From Spongospora subterranea f. sp. subterranea (taxonomy: Eukaryota): 64,000 nt of DNA. Shown in pieces: positions 1 to 13,878 of the stretch. The DNA is taken from assembly GCA_049724395.1 (NCBI GenBank), contig JAUGWO010000042.1, positions 62,001-126,000 on the forward strand, in the 5' to 3' direction. The translations under genes were made by a program, and so were the position numbers. The notes beneath the pieces are model-generated. The model made no database searches and was not told the origin of the DNA. It was given only the letters and a program-made list of their open reading frames with translations. Within the stretch, counting starts at the first letter, position 1, and every line of letters starts with the position of its first letter.

Positions 1-1198
1 ACTGCTTTGACGGGAACAGGCTCAGGTGGAGCGTGGACACACTATTACGCAGAGCGATCGTAGGCGATCGTGTTTCGATAACTTCTTCATCATGTAGGTC
101 TGTCGACTATGTAGTCGTTAGACTTTATAGGCGGGCATCTTCGACAATGTTCACTAACATGTCAATAACAGCTTATTTCTTCAACCAATCTAGGCTTGGC
201 AAACCTTCACAGTGGTCTAATGTCATTTTTGCTGTTGCGCAACGGTAAACCTAGCGTAACAGATCATTTAGCTTTCACCAATTTGCACAACAATAGCCCA
301 ATCCTGCTCAATAATCAGGCCGTTTGTTAAAAAATCGACGGAACTGTTCTGCAGGAACTTGAAAGGCCAGTCAAATTTGTTATCGGACATGATATTTCTA
401 GGTCTGCACAATCAATGTTGATTAGTTCGTGGCTCCGCGAAACCCGAAGTATGCACCGTTTCTAAACTCATTAGACCGATAAGTTGAGGTAATAAGTTGA
501 ACTGGAAATTGAAATGGAAGGATTGGGTAATTGAGTTGATCATATATAAACTATGATTTCACTCTTGTTATTGTCGAAATTTTTTGCTCCAACAGTCAGG
601 ATACTGTAATCTGCTGTTGTCAAACCATGTTTTTTACGAGTTTTGCCAACACATGGAAATTGAATGATTTGATTCTGAAATGTTCATCCAATATAACGGC
701 CGTTATCACTGTACGGGTAGAAAGTGCAGCTCTATCAATCCAATTACATAGTAGACTGTCTTTCCGGCTTGGCTTCTCATGAATCGCCATTGTTATAAAC
801 GATGTCATAAAAAGATAACAACGAACTTGCGGAAACAAACCCAGTCCAACTGGAAGTTCGAAACGATCTAGACGTAAAATGACGGGAGGGCAAAACATTC
901 TGGTTGATATGGTTGATGAAGACATAATGTATTGCAGCTCGTGGCTTTCCGCTATATAATAGACCGTCGTCGAAAATGTTGCTGTTGCGAACTCTATGAT
1001 GGTGATTCGGTGCGATTCCCATTGTTTGCAATAATGTAAATGAACACCATTCATTTGAACTCTCAAAGGTATAGACCGTCAGTGCTCCAGCACGTAATAA
1101 AAAAAGGCAATTCCACTTCTGCAAAAACGGTGACAATTGTGAGCCTATTCAACCGCAATTACGGATTTATTGACAGGTGAATTTAGTTATGGAATTAA

Positions 1199-1690
1199 TT
1201 AAACTGGGTTTCGCAAAACGATAATGACGGAATCTCCTCGCAGGAACATTTTACTGATAAACCGATCCTTATTGACGGGTCGTGATTTTTTTCCTTTTCC
1301 AGATTTTCCATGTTCAGTCCACATTTCCTGTACCTATACATATATGCAACAATGATTAACAACCGAGAATGAAAATGTAGTTCGATTGTATACCTGTTCT
1401 AAAACCATATTACAATGACGATCGAACGCCTTTACACGTCCAAGTAGCTTGTGATTGTTTCGAAGGTTTACAAGAACCTAAATATTTTCATAAGTACGTG
1501 AATCAGATTTATAGTGATATCTGAAAACCTGTGTGTTATTAAGCATGGATTGGTTGAGAACCGATAATGGGCCGACAGAGAAGTCCTCCTCCTTCTCTTC
1601 TGGTGCTGTGGCGTTCTCGGGACGGCTGATCCACAAAAATACAAAGATCATCAAACGCGCTATCAACAGTCATCTTCCTTACCTGGACAT
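1199..1690 (-). CDS. SNRPD2: Small nuclear ribonucleoprotein Sm D2 (4 exons)
   Basis: Spliced translation [107 protein letters not shown]; canonical GT-AG introns. Confidence 0.96.
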
Positions 1691-2415
1691 TGTAATGGAA
1701 GCTCGTCTGCAATTGCCGACAAGCTGTTAAGAGATGGCCAAGGGGCGACGCCGCACGGACTAACATGCCCGTCGAGAATGTACATTTGAGCGACATTATA
1801 GGAGGCCACGCAGTGAGCCTCCCAGTCGTACTTTCTCGAATCTCGCGACTGATTGGTTTGTCTGAGGGTCCATTTCAGCAGTGGCACTGGCTCATTCTTT
1901 GAGATCATTTGCCTCTTTAAGAAATATGTTCGTTCTGGGTTGTCAACGAAGCAAGTCAATCGGTAGACAGCCCAAGGGGAATTCAGAACGAACTTCTAGT
2001 TTCTTGATACACCGTTGACGGTGTTGCTCCGATAGACAATGTGTGTTCTGAAACTGCATTCTTTAACTATTTGCTACATTCTTTCATATTCTTTCGTCCG
2101 AAATTGAGGAGGTGTGGACTCTCAGCTAGCATTTGTGACATAAAAAACAGTGTGATGATTGTATTCGGCTATACTATGCCAGGGCACAAGGTATATCAAA
2201 ATTGTAAATCTTTGAGACACAACACCCACAAATCCACAAATCTTGTGAGCAATGACTGGTGTGGTTGACCGACAGTGGTTGAGCTGTGATCAAGGCTGGT
2301 TGCGCCAGTGTTATCAAATGGCAATCTACCGACTTGCGTTTGGGTAGTCAATTCTATCGGCGCTCTTTGGCTATTATGTCCGCCGACCATCATAAGGCAA
2401 ATCAATCCAGACCTC

Positions 2416-3388
2416 ATGTCTTCGCACAAGTACCTATTTTCCCCTAATTTTCCATCATTTCAGCCAAGCTGACGTTTTTTTTCGTGTAGGTATCCTAAAG
2501 CAGCATTGAACGTGTTCCGCGATGGAAAGTTTTACAAGCAGATCAATAAAATCGGAACATCAGATTGTATGACGTTTGGCAAGGATGGTGGCAAATGCGA
2601 CAGCGTATTAGTACATCCATCAGCATCTGATGTACATGCAGTTATTAGTCAAGATGAGCATGGAAATCTTCAACTTTTAGACCTAGGTGAATATGATTCT
2701 TTTAATTATATCAAATTCTTGGTCAACCTAATTACCGAGATAGATTCTGAGCAAGGCACACGTGTTAATGGCAGCGCCATTCGTCCTAATGAACCTCTAA
2801 TATTAAACAATGATGATGTGATCACGTTCGCTGTATCTACTCGCCAATATATTGTGTCTTTAGATGGCCATATTCCGCCTTCGAAACATAGGTAAAAAGC
2901 CTATTGTTGTCTTGAGCAATCGTTTTTCTGAAAGTCCCCGTTGACCAGATCGCCACAGAATAAAAATTCACGCAAACGTAAGTTGGGCGATGATGGCAAA
3001 GTTGGCGAAGTTCGTGCCAGCCATATACTGGTCAAACATCGTAATTCTAGAAATCCTTCATCTTGGAAGGAAGACGTAGTTACCCGGTCCGAGCAACAAG
3101 CGATGGACAAAATTGTGGAGTATAAACGGCAGATCGAAAATGGGACGACTAGCTTTAACGAAATTGCTCGTGAACATAGTGAATGCTCTAGTCATTCTCG
3201 AAATGGTCAATACTCTACCGCCTTCTGGGATCTAGCTCATCTGAAAACATGTAGGGGATTTGGGCAAATTTGGCCGAGGAAAGATGCAAAAGCCGTTTGA
3301 AGATGTTGCATTCGGCCTAGCAGTTGGAGAAATGAGCGAACCTGTCAAAACCAATTCGGGAATTCATTTGATTAAAAGAACCGAATAG
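2416..3388 (+). CDS. FHA domain + parvulin/Pin1-type peptidyl-prolyl isomerase
   Basis: FHA-like segment ([11 protein letters not shown]...[12 protein letters not shown]...DDVITF) followed by rotamase motifs [57 protein letters not shown] introns. Confidence 0.9.
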
Positions 3389-3629
3389 ATTGGTTGTTCG
3401 TGATTGAGCTAATTTCGTTGAACATCCTCTTTGTTCTCGAAGTAATTGTGGTCAATTTGGACGTGTAATTGGGATTCAAATCGCAATGTTTTTGTACAGT
3501 TTACATCAAACTTCTTGGCCGGTTCTGTAATTATTTGCGTATCGCTGTTCCGGTAGCCATAATCCGCCTCCATATTCGGCCGGAACATTCGCAAGTGAAG
3601 CCGGGCATTTGGGTTGAGACGGTCTCAAG

Positions 3630-3974
3630 ATGTCTCTGGCAAGGATGTGCTCGATTATCTGGATTTGCGCCATGATCGCATTGACCGCCGCTAAAGAGAA
3701 ACCTGCTTCTGGGCATACCAAAATTGGGGTTGGGCTAACTCTTAACAATGAGATAACGGTTGGAACTCGGCTCGGTCTTGAGAACGTGGTGGTGGTTCCA
3801 CAAGATACAACAGGAGATCCATCACTGAAAGATATCGAGAATATGGATGATCCACTACTTGAAGGGGATCGTAGGCATCGTGGCCGCTCCCGACACCGGA
3901 AAGCCCATCCATATGGTAATAACTACCAGAGACCTATGGGCTATTATGGAAGCGGCCCGGCTGGATATGCATAA
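3630..3974 (+). CDS. Small putative secreted protein (about 110 aa), unknown function
   Basis: Intronless ORF with N-terminal hydrophobic signal-like stretch ending LTAA, basic RRHRGRSRHRK patch and Gly/Tyr-rich tail. Confidence 0.55.
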   Translation: MSLARMCSIIWICAMIALTAAKEKPASGHTKIGVGLTLNNEITVGTRLGLENVVVVPQDTTGDPSLKDIENMDDPLLEGDRRHRGRSRHRKAHPYGNNYQRPMGYYGSGPAGYA

Positions 3975-5200
3975 CATTGCATCGAAGGAGCCTAATGGCG
4001 ATTGTAAAAATTAAACATCAGTCGACAATGTTTAGAGATGTAGAAGTGAGGAATCCTGTCAGTGATATTGAAACTTAACATTCTATTTCACCTGGAGTTT
4101 GGGATTTAACCTGAGGTTCGGGGAAAGGCGGTGGTGGTGTGTCAAATGGAGTCAAACCGGATCTCGTTCCTCAATGGACAGGTAATCTACGGGCAACACG
4201 TTTTTCTGATTCAATGAAGCGCTCTTTGCAATGTGTGAGAGATTCAGAATGAGAAACTAATGTGATCGATAACTGAAAATAACCTGGAGATGATCTGTAC
4301 AGAATTAGGAACGGTAATCACGATTGGTCATGACCAGTGACGCTGGTTTTGATTCAGGCAAGCATAGTAGTGTTTTTTGATAAATTAATGTGAATTGTAA
4401 TATTGGCACGAGGTTCGACCTTATCCTGGACCAATATGACATTAGGGTTTAACAAAAAAATGTCAGACACCAGGATGATTGCCTGTGAATGTGATCCAGC
4501 AATTAGTGGGACAATGCTGTGTCGATAGAAGTCCACGTTTATGGTACCAACTCATCATTTCGTGCTGTTCAACTGCTTCAGGATTGATGTTTTCCTTGCT
4601 CGATTTAAATGACAGGGGTGCCAACATAATTCCTTTTTGTTGTCTGATCCGCCGTGCCACAGACCGACGAGCGGCAATCTGGCCCGAAGATTTGGACGTT
4701 CGCGACATGTTTGAAAAATGCGCCAAAGCGACCTCATTCCAATTCACAACAGTCGGAAGTGATCATATTTTCAAAAAGAGTTCTTTCCAGTCCCCACTCT
4801 TGATTAAAATGCCCACGTTGAGCTGGGCGTTTAATGTGGTGATTGATCAAGGCGCCAGACGTCATAATGTTGCAGTTTGTCGTTTATAACTGTTGCTGAT
4901 TACACAATTCGGCTACACCGATGGAAGATTCCCTGCAAATCACAGTCCCTGGGTTAAGTGAAAACCCGCCTCAAATACAAAGGATCGGTGTTTCATCAAC
5001 TTCCATAGAAATATACATCGCTACAATATGTGATGGATAGTGTGTTTCGAGACAATCTGATCCATTTGGCTGAAGGTTCGATATTTCCGAATGAACCAAT
5101 GGTGGATATGAGCCATGGCGATGAGTTGTCTGGAGCGACAATATTTCGCATTTTAAAGGAACAAGGGTGCTATATGGAGATCTGTTGACTTTATATATGC

Positions 5201-5466
5201 TTACTGAGAAGCGCCTTGGTTAGAGTTGGGTCCACGAGCTTTGCCAGGTCCGACAACTACGTTGACATATCGGCGGTTGTATTGCAGGCGCTTGTACGCA
5301 CGACCGCGGGGCTTCTTCTTCTTGTCGGTCTTATCAACCTTGGCTGTGGCGCCACGAACTTTTCCGGCACGCGCTAGAGATCCGTGAACCTTTCCTACAA
5401 TCAGAAGGAGAACGCGGATCAGAAATGGGACAGTGATAGGGCGAACATGGATGAATTCCTACCCAT
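5201..5466 (-). CDS. RPS30: 40S ribosomal protein S30 (eS30), no ubiquitin-like fusion
   Basis: ATGG|intron|GAAAG.. gives [65 protein letters not shown]. Confidence 0.97.
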
Positions 5467-5706
5467 GACGACCTGTTAGATGGCAATAACGGGCGATATC
5501 AAATTCAGCCAGTAATGATACAGTCCGTCACGGACTTTCGATCTCCCGTCATTGAGTCAACGAGGAGGTGGTTTTAGGGCCCAACCATATATGAATAAGA
5601 CCCTGGACGAATTGATCACATTCGTCAGATGGGTGCAACTCCATCGTTGAAGCCACTGGAAACTGCATGAACTACATTTCCACGTTTGGTCTATGGTAAA
5701 TTATGT

Positions 5707-6707
5707 TTATATATGTTTTAATCCTAATTCCCTCCTAATCGCTTCGACCTTATCGCGACCTTGTTCGTGTTGCGTTGACAGCTGTTCTAGTTCGTTTGGC
5801 AAGGAAAGTTTCCTGCTGACGTTAGACCGCTCCTTGGTTTTATAGCGCACATGAGGAACTGGGATTGTCGCAGCGAATTGTAAGGCCTAAGCTAGAATTA
5901 GAATTCCAGCGTTGCTATTGATGAATTCTCAACAAATTGTTATTGACCTTCTGTCGCGATGATGGTTGGATAATCTTGGGTTTCGACCTTAGAATTTTGT
6001 TTTGTCTGCTGCTTGATGCGTTGGCGGCTTTCACTTTGTTGAGATTGATTATCCGGATAGCTCTTGAAAACTCCATCATCCGCAGTGTCGTTTGCCTCTT
6101 CTGAATCAAATCCTGATTATCTAAATCTGGTCCAAGTTTACCCAAATCAACTCGATCAGGGAGCTGTTTGTAATCCCGAATACTGTATGGTTTGTATGTT
6201 TTTCTGTGTGCTGGTCTATCAAGATCAGTAGTAACGGCGATCTGATCTTTGACAAGTAGGGTTTGTTCCTTCTCCTTCACGTTCTGACTACTTCCTTCTA
6301 TAATCCTACTGATCGGTGCCGACCGTTGCCATCTGTCTTCTGGCTTCATTCCACCGTCCAACTCTGCCATCATCCCCTTTTGTAATTGTGATACTGTTGG
6401 TTTAGATACCGGGATGGCGGCGTCCTGCGTCTGAGCCTCATTCGTTCCACTGGTGTTCTTCCTCCAATCCTGATTATTTCCAGACCCGGTTGATCTGTGT
6501 CCTGGAAACGGTTCATGACCAGATCGCGATGTTGGGGTTTTATCGCTCTGGATGCGAATATGTCCTCCCGTTCTTGTGATAACCGATAACCGCCCCTTGA
6601 ACTATCACCATACAACATGCTGTTTAATACAATAGCAATATGGGATAATGTGTGTTGACTCCTACTCGTTCATGAAATGCAGCTGTTTGAGCTGCACATG
6701 CCGCCAT
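5707..6707 (-). CDS. JHY (C11orf63)-like ciliary protein
   Basis: Motif YKPYSIRDYK...LGKLGPD...QKRQ..RMMEFSRAIR and C-terminal ALQFAATIPVP...LEQLSTQHEQGRDKVEAIR recalled from the JHY family; frame open from 6602 with introns near 6603-6665 and about 5890-5950. Confidence 0.65.
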
Positions 6708-6851
6708 TTGATACGATATCGGCTAATCGGGATTCTATTCCTGAACTTTTAATACTAATCTTGAACAGTTCGATCTAATGTACCTTCACCCCCTGTGGTT
6801 AATTGCTGTTTTAATGAAATTGATACTTGGGCTCAACAGTATTCTTGTGTA

Positions 6852-8357
6852 TCAGGACTGATTAATGGAAAGGATCGCCTTGAGCGCATTGACCCACATA
6901 TCCCTTTCTTTGGCGGTTGACGTCTGTAAGTTGTATGTCCTAGTTGATGTCACAATACTAAAGCACAACGCATCCCTCAATGCTCCATCGTCATATCTAG
7001 TGATATGCCAGTACGGGATCATGATCTTCTTCTTGACCAGGATTCCACCCGAGCTAATCTCTATCCTCTGTTTGTCGTTGTCCAGCTTGACGGCCTTGAT
7101 AATCGGTCCATGCGGCGTGTGCAGGACGAAACGATATTTGATCCGATCAACCGCATTAATCGCTGTTGCGCTAACTCTCCTCAAATCTGTGCTGAATACT
7201 GGAGCGGGATCCAAAGCAACATCGATATCCCCGGCCTCGTTGGATCCGTTCTCATGAATATCCCCTTGATCATCAAAATCGTCGTCAATATGGCCCACCG
7301 AACGATCCCCACTCGTCCCGTTGTCATCCACCATTTTCCTCTCAACGATGCTCCCAGATTGCCTTGACGTGAACAGAGCTGAGTCTTGGAATTGCAGTGC
7401 CGCTTCCTTCATATCTGAGATCGTTCCAGTGACATCTTGATGCAGTAGACACTGAGCTTGCTGCATCGCTGACATTGGAACAGACCATTCCTTGAACCTT
7501 TCCGGATTAGGTTCTAACGCGAAACTATTCCTAGTATTTCTGTCCGAAGTGACTGTAGGAATTCGTTTGTCTTTTTCAAGAATGGCGCGAGCTGGTTCAG
7601 GGTTTCTGGGTGAAATGTCTTTCAGACTCTTCTTAGAGGCAGGTGATTCCTTAAAGTCAATCCTGTCTTGTGAAAGTAATAGATTGCCATCGAACGCGAA
7701 GATCTTCAAATCCTGGATTGCTGTACCAACGCTTTGTTGCGCCAGGATGAAGCAGAGGAAATTGTCTAGTGAGATTGAGCCGGTATTCATGATATCTTGA
7801 TCAAGGAGCTGGGCAATTGCGCTGGCAACGTACTCCCGGATCACGTCGTTTACTTTAAGATGCAGATCAGGATCAAGATCATCATGAAATATTTGATCGC
7901 ACTGGGTTAAATAGGTCTCTGCCTTTTGAGAGTAGTAAGACATGACCGATTCGGGGGATATTGACCCGGATTTCCCACCCATTTTGCTAAACTTGTGCTT
8001 TAAACCATCAAGTTGTTTCGAATCAACTGTACTCAACAGCGACATCCGCTTGTCTTCGGCTTTTAATCGATATGCGTTCCCAGATTTCAACTTGTTGTTT
8101 GTTGAGTTGTTGTCGATGATTGCATCATCCACTGGAGTATTCTTCTCGTAGAAGGGAATTAGATGGGTTTTTGACGCTGAATCTGGAACAACTGGTTCTA
8201 GCCCAATCAGGTGGAGATTCGCAATCTGAGTGGCAGTGAACTGAAGGCTTGTCTCAAGATCGTCCCTGGTAAGACCACGGCTGTCGAGCGATATTCGAGC
8301 ATGTTTATTCCCGAAGAAAATGATGCAACCGTACATGGATGAAAGATATATGCCCAA
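6852..8357 (-). CDS. Protein with EF-hand-like segment and C-terminal PH domain; 5' exon(s) probably further upstream (to about 8560)
   Basis: 501-aa ORF; DQDIMNTGSISLDNFL EF-like loop; C-terminal CFSIVTSTRTYNLQTSTAKERDMWVNALKAIL PH signature. Confidence 0.75.
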   Translation of the reverse strand: MGIYLSSMYGCIIFFGNKHARISLDSRGLTRDDLETSLQFTATQIANLHLIGLEPVVPDSASKTHLIPFYEKNTPVDDAIIDNNSTNNKLKSGNAYRLKAEDKRMSLLSTVDSKQLDGLKHKFSKMGGKSGSISPESVMSYYSQKAETYLTQCDQIFHDDLDPDLHLKVNDVIREYVASAIAQLLDQDIMNTGSISLDNFLCFILAQQSVGTAIQDLKIFAFDGNLLLSQDRIDFKESPASKKSLKDISPRNPEPARAILEKDKRIPTVTSDRNTRNSFALEPNPERFKEWSVPMSAMQQAQCLLHQDVTGTISDMKEAALQFQDSALFTSRQSGSIVERKMVDDNGTSGDRSVGHIDDDFDDQGDIHENGSNEAGDIDVALDPAPVFSTDLRRVSATAINAVDRIKYRFVLHTPHGPIIKAVKLDNDKQRIEISSGGILVKKKIMIPYWHITRYDDGALRDALCFSIVTSTRTYNLQTSTAKERDMWVNALKAILSINQS

Positions 8358-8591
8358 AACAGTGACACAGGATCGAGATCATGGTACAGGGCCAAGAATC
8401 AAACAATACTTGATATCGGGATTAATGATAGTCGGATTTAGTGTTTTGGGATAACAATCATCAATCATCGTTTATATGGAGTGAGCGCTAGTTTCCGAAT
8501 ACCATCCTCCAGATGACCTGATGGAGCCCACGGACTCCGTCACGGCCTTTGACAATACAATCATTGTTGATCATCAGGGTCGTCGGCGACA

Positions 8592-9087
8592 ATGGGGTGA
8601 GGTTATCGTCAACTCACCTTAAGTTTGATTAGCTGACTCGTTCATTTTTGTCTGGTTTAGAAAGCCTCACGGAATCCGATGTGCTCGTAAATTGAAGGTC
8701 CATCGCCGTCAGCACCGCTGGGCCCAGAAATCTTATAAGAAGAAGCACCTGGGAACCGCTTTGAAAGCGAACCCCTTTGAAGGTGCCTCGCACGCCAAGG
8801 GCATTGTCCTTGAAAAGATCGGAATTGAGGCCAAGCAGCCTAACTCGGCCATTCGAAAGTGTGTCCGTGTTCAGCTGATCAAGAACGGCAAGAAGATCGC
8901 TGCCTTCGTCCCCAATGATGGTTGTCTCAACTTTGTCGATGAGAACGATGAAGTTCTTGTCTCTGGTTTCGGTCGTAAGGGCCACTCAGTTGGTGATATT
9001 CCAGGAGTCCGTTTCAAAATCGTTAAAGTGGCCGGAGTGTCGCTCAAGGCTCTGTATTTAGAGAAGAAGGATAAGCCTCGTTCGTAA
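8592..9087 (+). CDS. RPS23: 40S ribosomal protein S23 (uS12)
   Basis: [18 protein letters not shown]...[23 protein letters not shown]...[18 protein letters not shown]; one intron after codon 2. Confidence 0.98.
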
Positions 9088-10407
9088 ATTTTTCCGATAA
9101 ATCTAGGAATACATCAAAAGCATGCATTTCTGCAATCGCTTCAAGCAATGTGTGCGATTATCACGAATTTTCAAAACGGTTCCGTTTCGTTGTCCTTTTT
9201 CAATATGAAAGCTGTTTGAGTGGTTTACCAATACATCTGTGATCCGATTGGCGTTGCGTGCTCTTCTAGCGGAGTCATCGAATAACTGACGTTTGAATCT
9301 GTTCGTGGACATTCGGCATTGATGAGCAGTAATATTATCTCTGATGTGCTCTCTTCTGTCGAGACGACAGTTCAATCTGTAGCGCCATAGGAAGTACTTC
9401 CTTTCAGCTATATTCAGTATAAGAGGAACAGTTCCCGGTTCATGGTCTACATTCATTGTCGAAACATCGAACAGCAAACATGTGCTAGGTGTATAAATTT
9501 AACCAAGAACCGTGGTTCCGATGTCGCCGTTTCTTAATCCGTCGTATTGATGAAGCAGTGTTCGGCTATGGGAGCCGATGTCTGCTACGAGAATCATTGA
9601 TTGTCATTGAAAATTGATAACACTATTTCGGGGTTGAATACCTATACGTCTCCGATTGAGATTCGATTGAAATGGAAGTGGAATTCCAGGCTCAATTACA
9701 TTGGGTCAACGCTAATGTCTTCATTAGTACGTATGTGTCTTTTGTAGTTTCGATCGTATTGCGAAGCAGTTCATATCTTCACTCTAAGAAGGTTCCGGTG
9801 ATGTCTAGCGTTCAAAGATAAACAATAGCCGAATCGATATCCTGATCCTAAGATCATCACATAGACCCAGTTGTTATTCGTTCGCTATAGCATTGAATAA
9901 CCGGTCAGAGCGGAAATGCAATCAATGAAGCAGGCATTATGGGGAAAATGTGTAGTTGTCATAAACTGCTACTGAACGATGACCCACGAATATCTGTACC
10001 GTAGCTCAAAGGGATTACAAAAAAATAGACAATGCAACTTTTGATCTTTATTGTTGGTTACTGGCTATTACAACAATCCTGACCCTGTAAATATAATTAC
10101 CATGGGTGAAAACCGGTCAATGCAAAACGTTTGGTTAATATTTGAATTCATGACCGCTGATAAAGGCTAAAGAAATTTCTTCAATGAATTTTTACCATCC
10201 AGAAATGATTTCTTAAACCCAGACCACTGTCTCAGCACGCTGCGTCTAAGAATTTTTCCAGCAGTCGTCGGTCAAATGCGGCGGTCAAACATTGGAAACC
10301 GCCTGTCAGATTTAGTTGTGATGTTACATCAAATTGACAACGTTACAACATCCAAAGATGGCAATGCGTATCTCCCGCGCTCCAAAATATCTCAATATTT
10401 GCCCTGC

Positions 10408-10638
10408 CAGTTGCCGCGGGCGTCACCGCAGTTGGAAGGGCGTGACAGAGATAACGGTTATTACCGTTACCACGACAGTACTGAACCTAACGGAGTAACG
10501 GAGGTCGGCTGAGGTCGGATTACCTTTCAAACGGGGTGTAACGCGAACCGGAGGCTCCACTACCCACTGAGACACAGCCGTGGCACCGCCAGAATGGCGC
10601 AGTTAACTGTGCGGACTCAGGGACAGACGACCGACCTC
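10408..10638 (+). promoter_or_regulatory. Cluster of Myb-type YAACKG sites and hairpins upstream of SAHH
   Basis: Eight exact YAACKG matches (either strand) at 10408, 10429, 10452, 10464, 10488, 10496, 10600, 10604. Confidence 0.5.
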
Positions 10639-10661
10639 TCTTACCTCATTGTTGATTATAG

Positions 10662-12278
<1,617 letters not shown>

Positions 12279-12684
12279 TTGTTGAGTTATACATCTGTGT
12301 TTTCATAGCTAATACAGTCCTGTGTTTCAACGTATTTTCTCGCTCTCCGTATTACTTGCTCGTTCGGAATGTACTGTAGAATAATCTGCATATTGGCAGT
12401 TTCTATGCCACATATCGATAAATGTTTTTCATATAAATAATGTATTTGGGGGGTCATGTCTGCTTCCTTGAGTCCAAAGCAAACATGCGTTCACGGTAAA
12501 CCAGCAAATAGCTTTGTTTGTTGTTTGATCAGGTGATTGTGAAAGAGTTGGGCCAGATCATTTGCCATGGGGGAACTGAATTTGGCCAATTGATTGTTGT
12601 AAATTTGGTGCGTGGTGGTGACTGTGATTGTACAGTGATCAAAGAACAGAGAGGGCAGAACCATATCCCAATTAGTCGTCCATC

Positions 12685-13561
12685 ATGATGCCCATTCACC
12701 GACAGGATCGCCTTATGGCTAAACGATTAACAAATTTCTCCAGTCAGTCTGTAGTTGGTGAAGCATTACTGTTTGCCTATTTACGCCCGGCAATCAGAGG
12801 CTGCAACAGGTGTGAAAAACGCCACAGAACATTTATGTATCCACTTGCCGACCTTGAATAACGTCTATGAAAATCTTTGTGCGTTCAATTTTTCGTTCGC
12901 AAACTTTCTGGATGCTCTGGACTTGCATGCTTCATCCATGGCGTTTTATCCTGAACCATCCAGAGCATCTACTAAACGAGAAATCGTTCCTCCCCAATCA
13001 TCTTGTAAGGTCGTGATGATGAGTATCATTCTTAACAGTGAACATGGTTTTGTAGTTTTGAGGACAGAGGATGTGGTCGTTAATCTGCCACCATCACAAA
13101 ACACTGCTTCTCCTGCTCTTAACGTGCCGTTGAAGGTGAATCTGATCGAACTGGATTGACACGATGATTTCCTCACACTTTTTCCAAATAGCCCTTAGTT
13201 CTACACAGTCGAAAACTTCTCATGCTTCCACCAAAATATCGAGGTGCTGGAGAGCGTCGATGCCTTGAAAATCTGTTGCATTATCTGCAGGAAGCATATC
13301 CTGATGGACTGTACGTCGATATGATTTATATATTGTAGTTTATCACATTCTCTTTAGGTGCCTCTCCGAAATAGCGAATTCTACCTCATTAACTGCTATT
13401 CAAGCTAAAGAATATGTTGCTGTTCTTGTTAAACTTGGTCATGTCACGAGAATCAAAACTAAAAAGGTCAGAGTATCAATTACCGTAATTGTCAACTTCT
13501 CATGCACTGTTGTCTACTTCAGGGATTAACATATATCATCAAGACGGATATATCGTCTTGA
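12685..13561 (+). CDS. Putative DASH/Dam1 complex subunit Dam1-like with C-terminal extension
   Basis: LNNVYENLCAFNFSFANFLDALDLHASSMAFYPEP resembles the Dam1 core (L..MHE.L..FNESFASFLYGL.MNA.CVDFP.AP); spliceable GT-AG introns to TGA at 13559-13561. Confidence 0.5.
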
Positions 13562-13878
13562 CGTACCAAAGTTGATAACGATTGTGTATAAATTTGAAAA
13601 AAACATTACACCATTTTTGTACCATTTGATCCCCTACTCTGATTAGCATTTGGCCCCCGAATCGTAATGCAATCAGCTATACTCAAAAAAACGTCAATAT
13701 TCGAAAAGTTGACAGATTCGTCCCAATAGTACGTTGCTTTAATAGTCCAGAACTCGAGATCGCCCAATCAATCAAGTTTGCTATAGCACTGGTTCTCATC
13801 AGCATCGCTTTGATGCTTCAGGCAGAGGAAGAGGTCTTGCGGGTCGCGACCGTATTGTAAAGGGGATTGGAACTGTCG

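Noticed and set aside
1..1140. Overlapping minus-strand ORFs 620-1066 and 777-1136
   Set aside because: No recognisable domain and no consistent spliced model could be built.
4100..5190. Possible gene between the secreted ORF and RPS30
   Set aside because: Fragmentary ORFs on both strands; strand and product unresolved.
6370..6618. Apparent frameshift between the two JHY-region ORFs
   Set aside because: The downstream frame is open from 6602, and a phase-0 intron from the 6707 start exon joins it without a shift.
9103..10100. Minus-strand ORF fragments downstream of RPS23
   Set aside because: No supportable product or exon structure.
10420..10450. Resemblance of GTCAC...CGTGAC to the SAM/SAH riboswitch stem
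   Set aside because: The loop sequence and downstream pseudoknot partner do not match the recalled consensus.
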